The notes beneath the pieces were generated by a model. That model ran no database searches and was not told where the DNA came from. It was given only the letters and a program-made list of their open reading frames with translations. A stretch of DNA of 61,250 bases, filler included, from Squatina squatina (Eukaryota), in assembly GCA_031763465.1 (NCBI GenBank). It is 3 parts of 3 records of this genome, joined end to end, with 100 filler letters (N's around TTAATTAATTAA, not from the genome) between each part and the next. Parts side by side here need not be neighbours in the genome. Positions count along the whole stretch, not along the records: positions 45,611 to 61,250 come from JARFOE010000080.1; 2 more parts are not named here. One strand, given 5' to 3'. This document shows, piece after piece, positions 58,894 through 61,250 of this stretch (its first letter is position 1; the number at the start of each line of letters is the position of its first letter). The translations under genes and the position numbers were made by a program.

Positions 58894-61250
58894 NNNNNNN
58901 NNNNNNNNNNNNNNNNNNNNNNNNNNNNNNNNNNNNNNNNNNNNNNNNNNNNNNNNNNNNNNNNNNNNNNNNNNNNNNNNNNNNNNNNNNNNNAAAAAAG
59001 AAATACATTTTATCTTTCCTAGGCTATGCTGAAAAGGAACAGTTGAAGAGTTATAAGGAAATAGGTGTAAAATTTGAATGTACAAACTACTCGTTAAATC
59101 ATTCCCTGACCAGTTGTGATTACATTCTATGTCTGAAGGTTGCATTCAATTTTGATGGTTGTGGACTAACCTTTAAATTTTACATTTGGCTGGATACCAA
59201 TTCTTAATTTAGTTACAGATACTGCATGGTTCATGTTCAAGTTATTCACAGAATGCCACAAAGAGCCATCATTTTACTGACAGTTCAAAGCAGAGAACAA
59301 TGCAAATTTATAATTAGGTTACTGTCATCCAGGAATTAGATTTGAGTACAATCGCTCAGAGTGAGACTAAGGTTAATAGTGACCTGCATTTAGCAACATT
59401 TAATTGTTTCTATAAAATGTTAAGTTGCTTCAGCTCTTACCATTTCTGTACCACCCAAGGCAGCTGTAAACAATGCATGAAGATCACATGCATTGGANNN
59501 NNNNNNNNNNNNNNNNNNNNNNNNNNNNNNNNNNNNNNNNNNNNNNNNNNNNNNNNNNNNNNNNNNNNNNNNNNNNNNNNNNNNNNNNNNNNNNNNNCCT
59601 GACAACTCCATGAGATCCAATTATATTTACTTGACAGACTTCGGTGATCAGCTTGAGTTTTGTGGCTGAAATATTGAGGTATGTCTGCTATTAGCCAAAT
59701 ATCTAAGAAAAGTACTTTACTGTTAACTAAATCTAAAACGTACTATAATAAAAACCTACAATGTAACAGCATTTGTGACTTGATAGTTTGCTTTACACCA
59801 ATTAATGAACTAAGTGGACTCAATATTAATTCTCACACTCTATAGTTGAGAGAAAATTGTGACAAGTGGTGAAACAACCTTTACATACTACAGCAGTATT
59901 ATTAAGATACATTTTAATTGGGGTTTTCAATCTGTTCAAAAGAATACGGCGTAGAATAGTGAGGAAAGCCTAGCCATTTGAATACATTTTGCTTTTAAAT
60001 CCCTGTCATAGGAAGACGTGATGATGACCTTATTTAGAGACCAATTGATACCGAAAATGACTGAATAAATACTGACCAGCTGATGGTATGCATTTGTAAA
60101 TTATAGCATTAGAAAATGTTGTACAAACACCAAATTTGATGATTTAATTGTGCAGATCAAAAATACTGCTGCTGACCATTTTGGAGACCTCCACTGGGGA
60201 CGTTAACGCAACCTGTACAGTCGGTATTTCAGATCTCGCTCTGACTGCTTCTTTTGCTAAAACTGCTTCATCGACACATCATCACATTAACCCTTAACTC
60301 ACATGTTCTAGTTGCTGCTGGCTCTTGTCGGAAATCCAGTTTGACAAAAAAACAACTCCATGTCAACATATGATTACAATGAGCGACAGTAAACCCAGTT
60401 AAAATGCTGCTTCCTGACAATGCTTTTTGCTGTACTTTTTTTTCTATTTGGCTTTATTTAATTTATAGCCAATGCAAAACAATTTGCCATTATTTTTAAG
60501 TTCAACTGCCTCTTACAATTTCTATTTTTGTTAAACTATATACTGTNNNNNNNNNNNNNNNNNNNNNNNNNNNNNNNNNNNNNNNNNNNNNGTGTAATAT
60601 AACTACCCCTTTGAGTTATTTTTCTTTACAAGGGTACAGACATTACATACAGATTTGTACAATCCATCATATAGCCCTGCATGGCCCCAGTGCACACACT
60701 GATTTGTGCAATTCTGAGATGAATATTAAAGACCCTGAGGTCTCTTTCTAATTTAAAAGTGCAGAATGCATACAAAGACATCCACTTGAAGAATAAGAGC
60801 TTCATACTAAAATTAGGGGTGTGCTAGCCTCTTGTAGTTCGATGGAAGGCCATTTTGACTCTAATTATAAAGACTGCTGAAGCTAGAACCAAACCTGAAC
60901 TGTGCATTGTACATCACCTATGACACACAGTGATCCACTGCAACAGGTATGTTAAGTCCTGCGGCAAAACTGCAATGTATTGATGCATTTTTGTACAACA
61001 TGCGATATTTCTGATGTCATCTAGAAATAAGCAAAATGTTTTGGTTGGAGAGGAAACTCCCAGGTGATTTTTATGTGACTAGTAGTCGTTCTCTGGGTCT
61101 GTTTTGTAACTAAAATACTTGGTTTGAAGTACACGTGGAGAAACAACAATCTTACTAACACACTGTAATGTAATGCTATTTTAGTAAAAACAGTATTTTT
61201 TTCCAGATAAGGGAAAGCTAAGAAAGCAAGAAAGATTGTAATGTCCCTTC

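Noticed and set aside
60018-60083. C/D box snoRNA candidate (GTGATGA ... CTGA)
   Set aside because: No terminal stem and no recognisable rRNA/snRNA guide. Similar motif pairs at about 22353 and 50946 are too short.
1-61250. CRISPR array, operon or prokaryotic defence system
   Set aside because: Spliceosomal exons and vertebrate retroelements occur throughout. The regular spacing comes from assembly gaps, not repeat-spacer units.

Overview
Vertebrate nuclear DNA, most likely a shark or other cartilaginous fish (inferred from the repeat content: CR1 and L2 LINEs, a DeuSINE/SacSINE1-like element, Penelope ends and abundant PIF/Harbinger elements). The assembly is highly fragmented: contigs of about 1-3 kb are joined by 100-N spacers, and two spacers carry an artificial TTAATTAATTAA linker (24792-24803, 45555-45566). 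Contig order, orientation and distances are therefore unreliable. Recognisable host exons all lie in the first 24 kb: one DRP2 exon (minus), two ARL13-family exons (probably ARL13A, plus) and two ZNF711 exons (plus). The orthologues of all three genes are on human Xq. The rest is intronic or intergenic and rich in transposons. The most structured signal is a set of PIF/Harbinger two-component remnants that the ORF track mostly misses: a fossil HARBI1-like DDE transposase (about 49060-49740), several Myb/SANT accessory-gene copies (one keeps an exon-intron structure), an element with the catalytic core deleted, and GC-rich non-autonomous copies carrying YY1/CRE motifs. Other items worth checking are a 33-bp-phased CCAAT array, a degenerate Penelope hammerhead ribozyme, an internally deleted CR1, an unexplained hairpin and several orphan exon candidates. 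I see no convincing evidence of a wholly new biological system. Reference sequences and exon sizes quoted are recalled from memory and need database confirmation.
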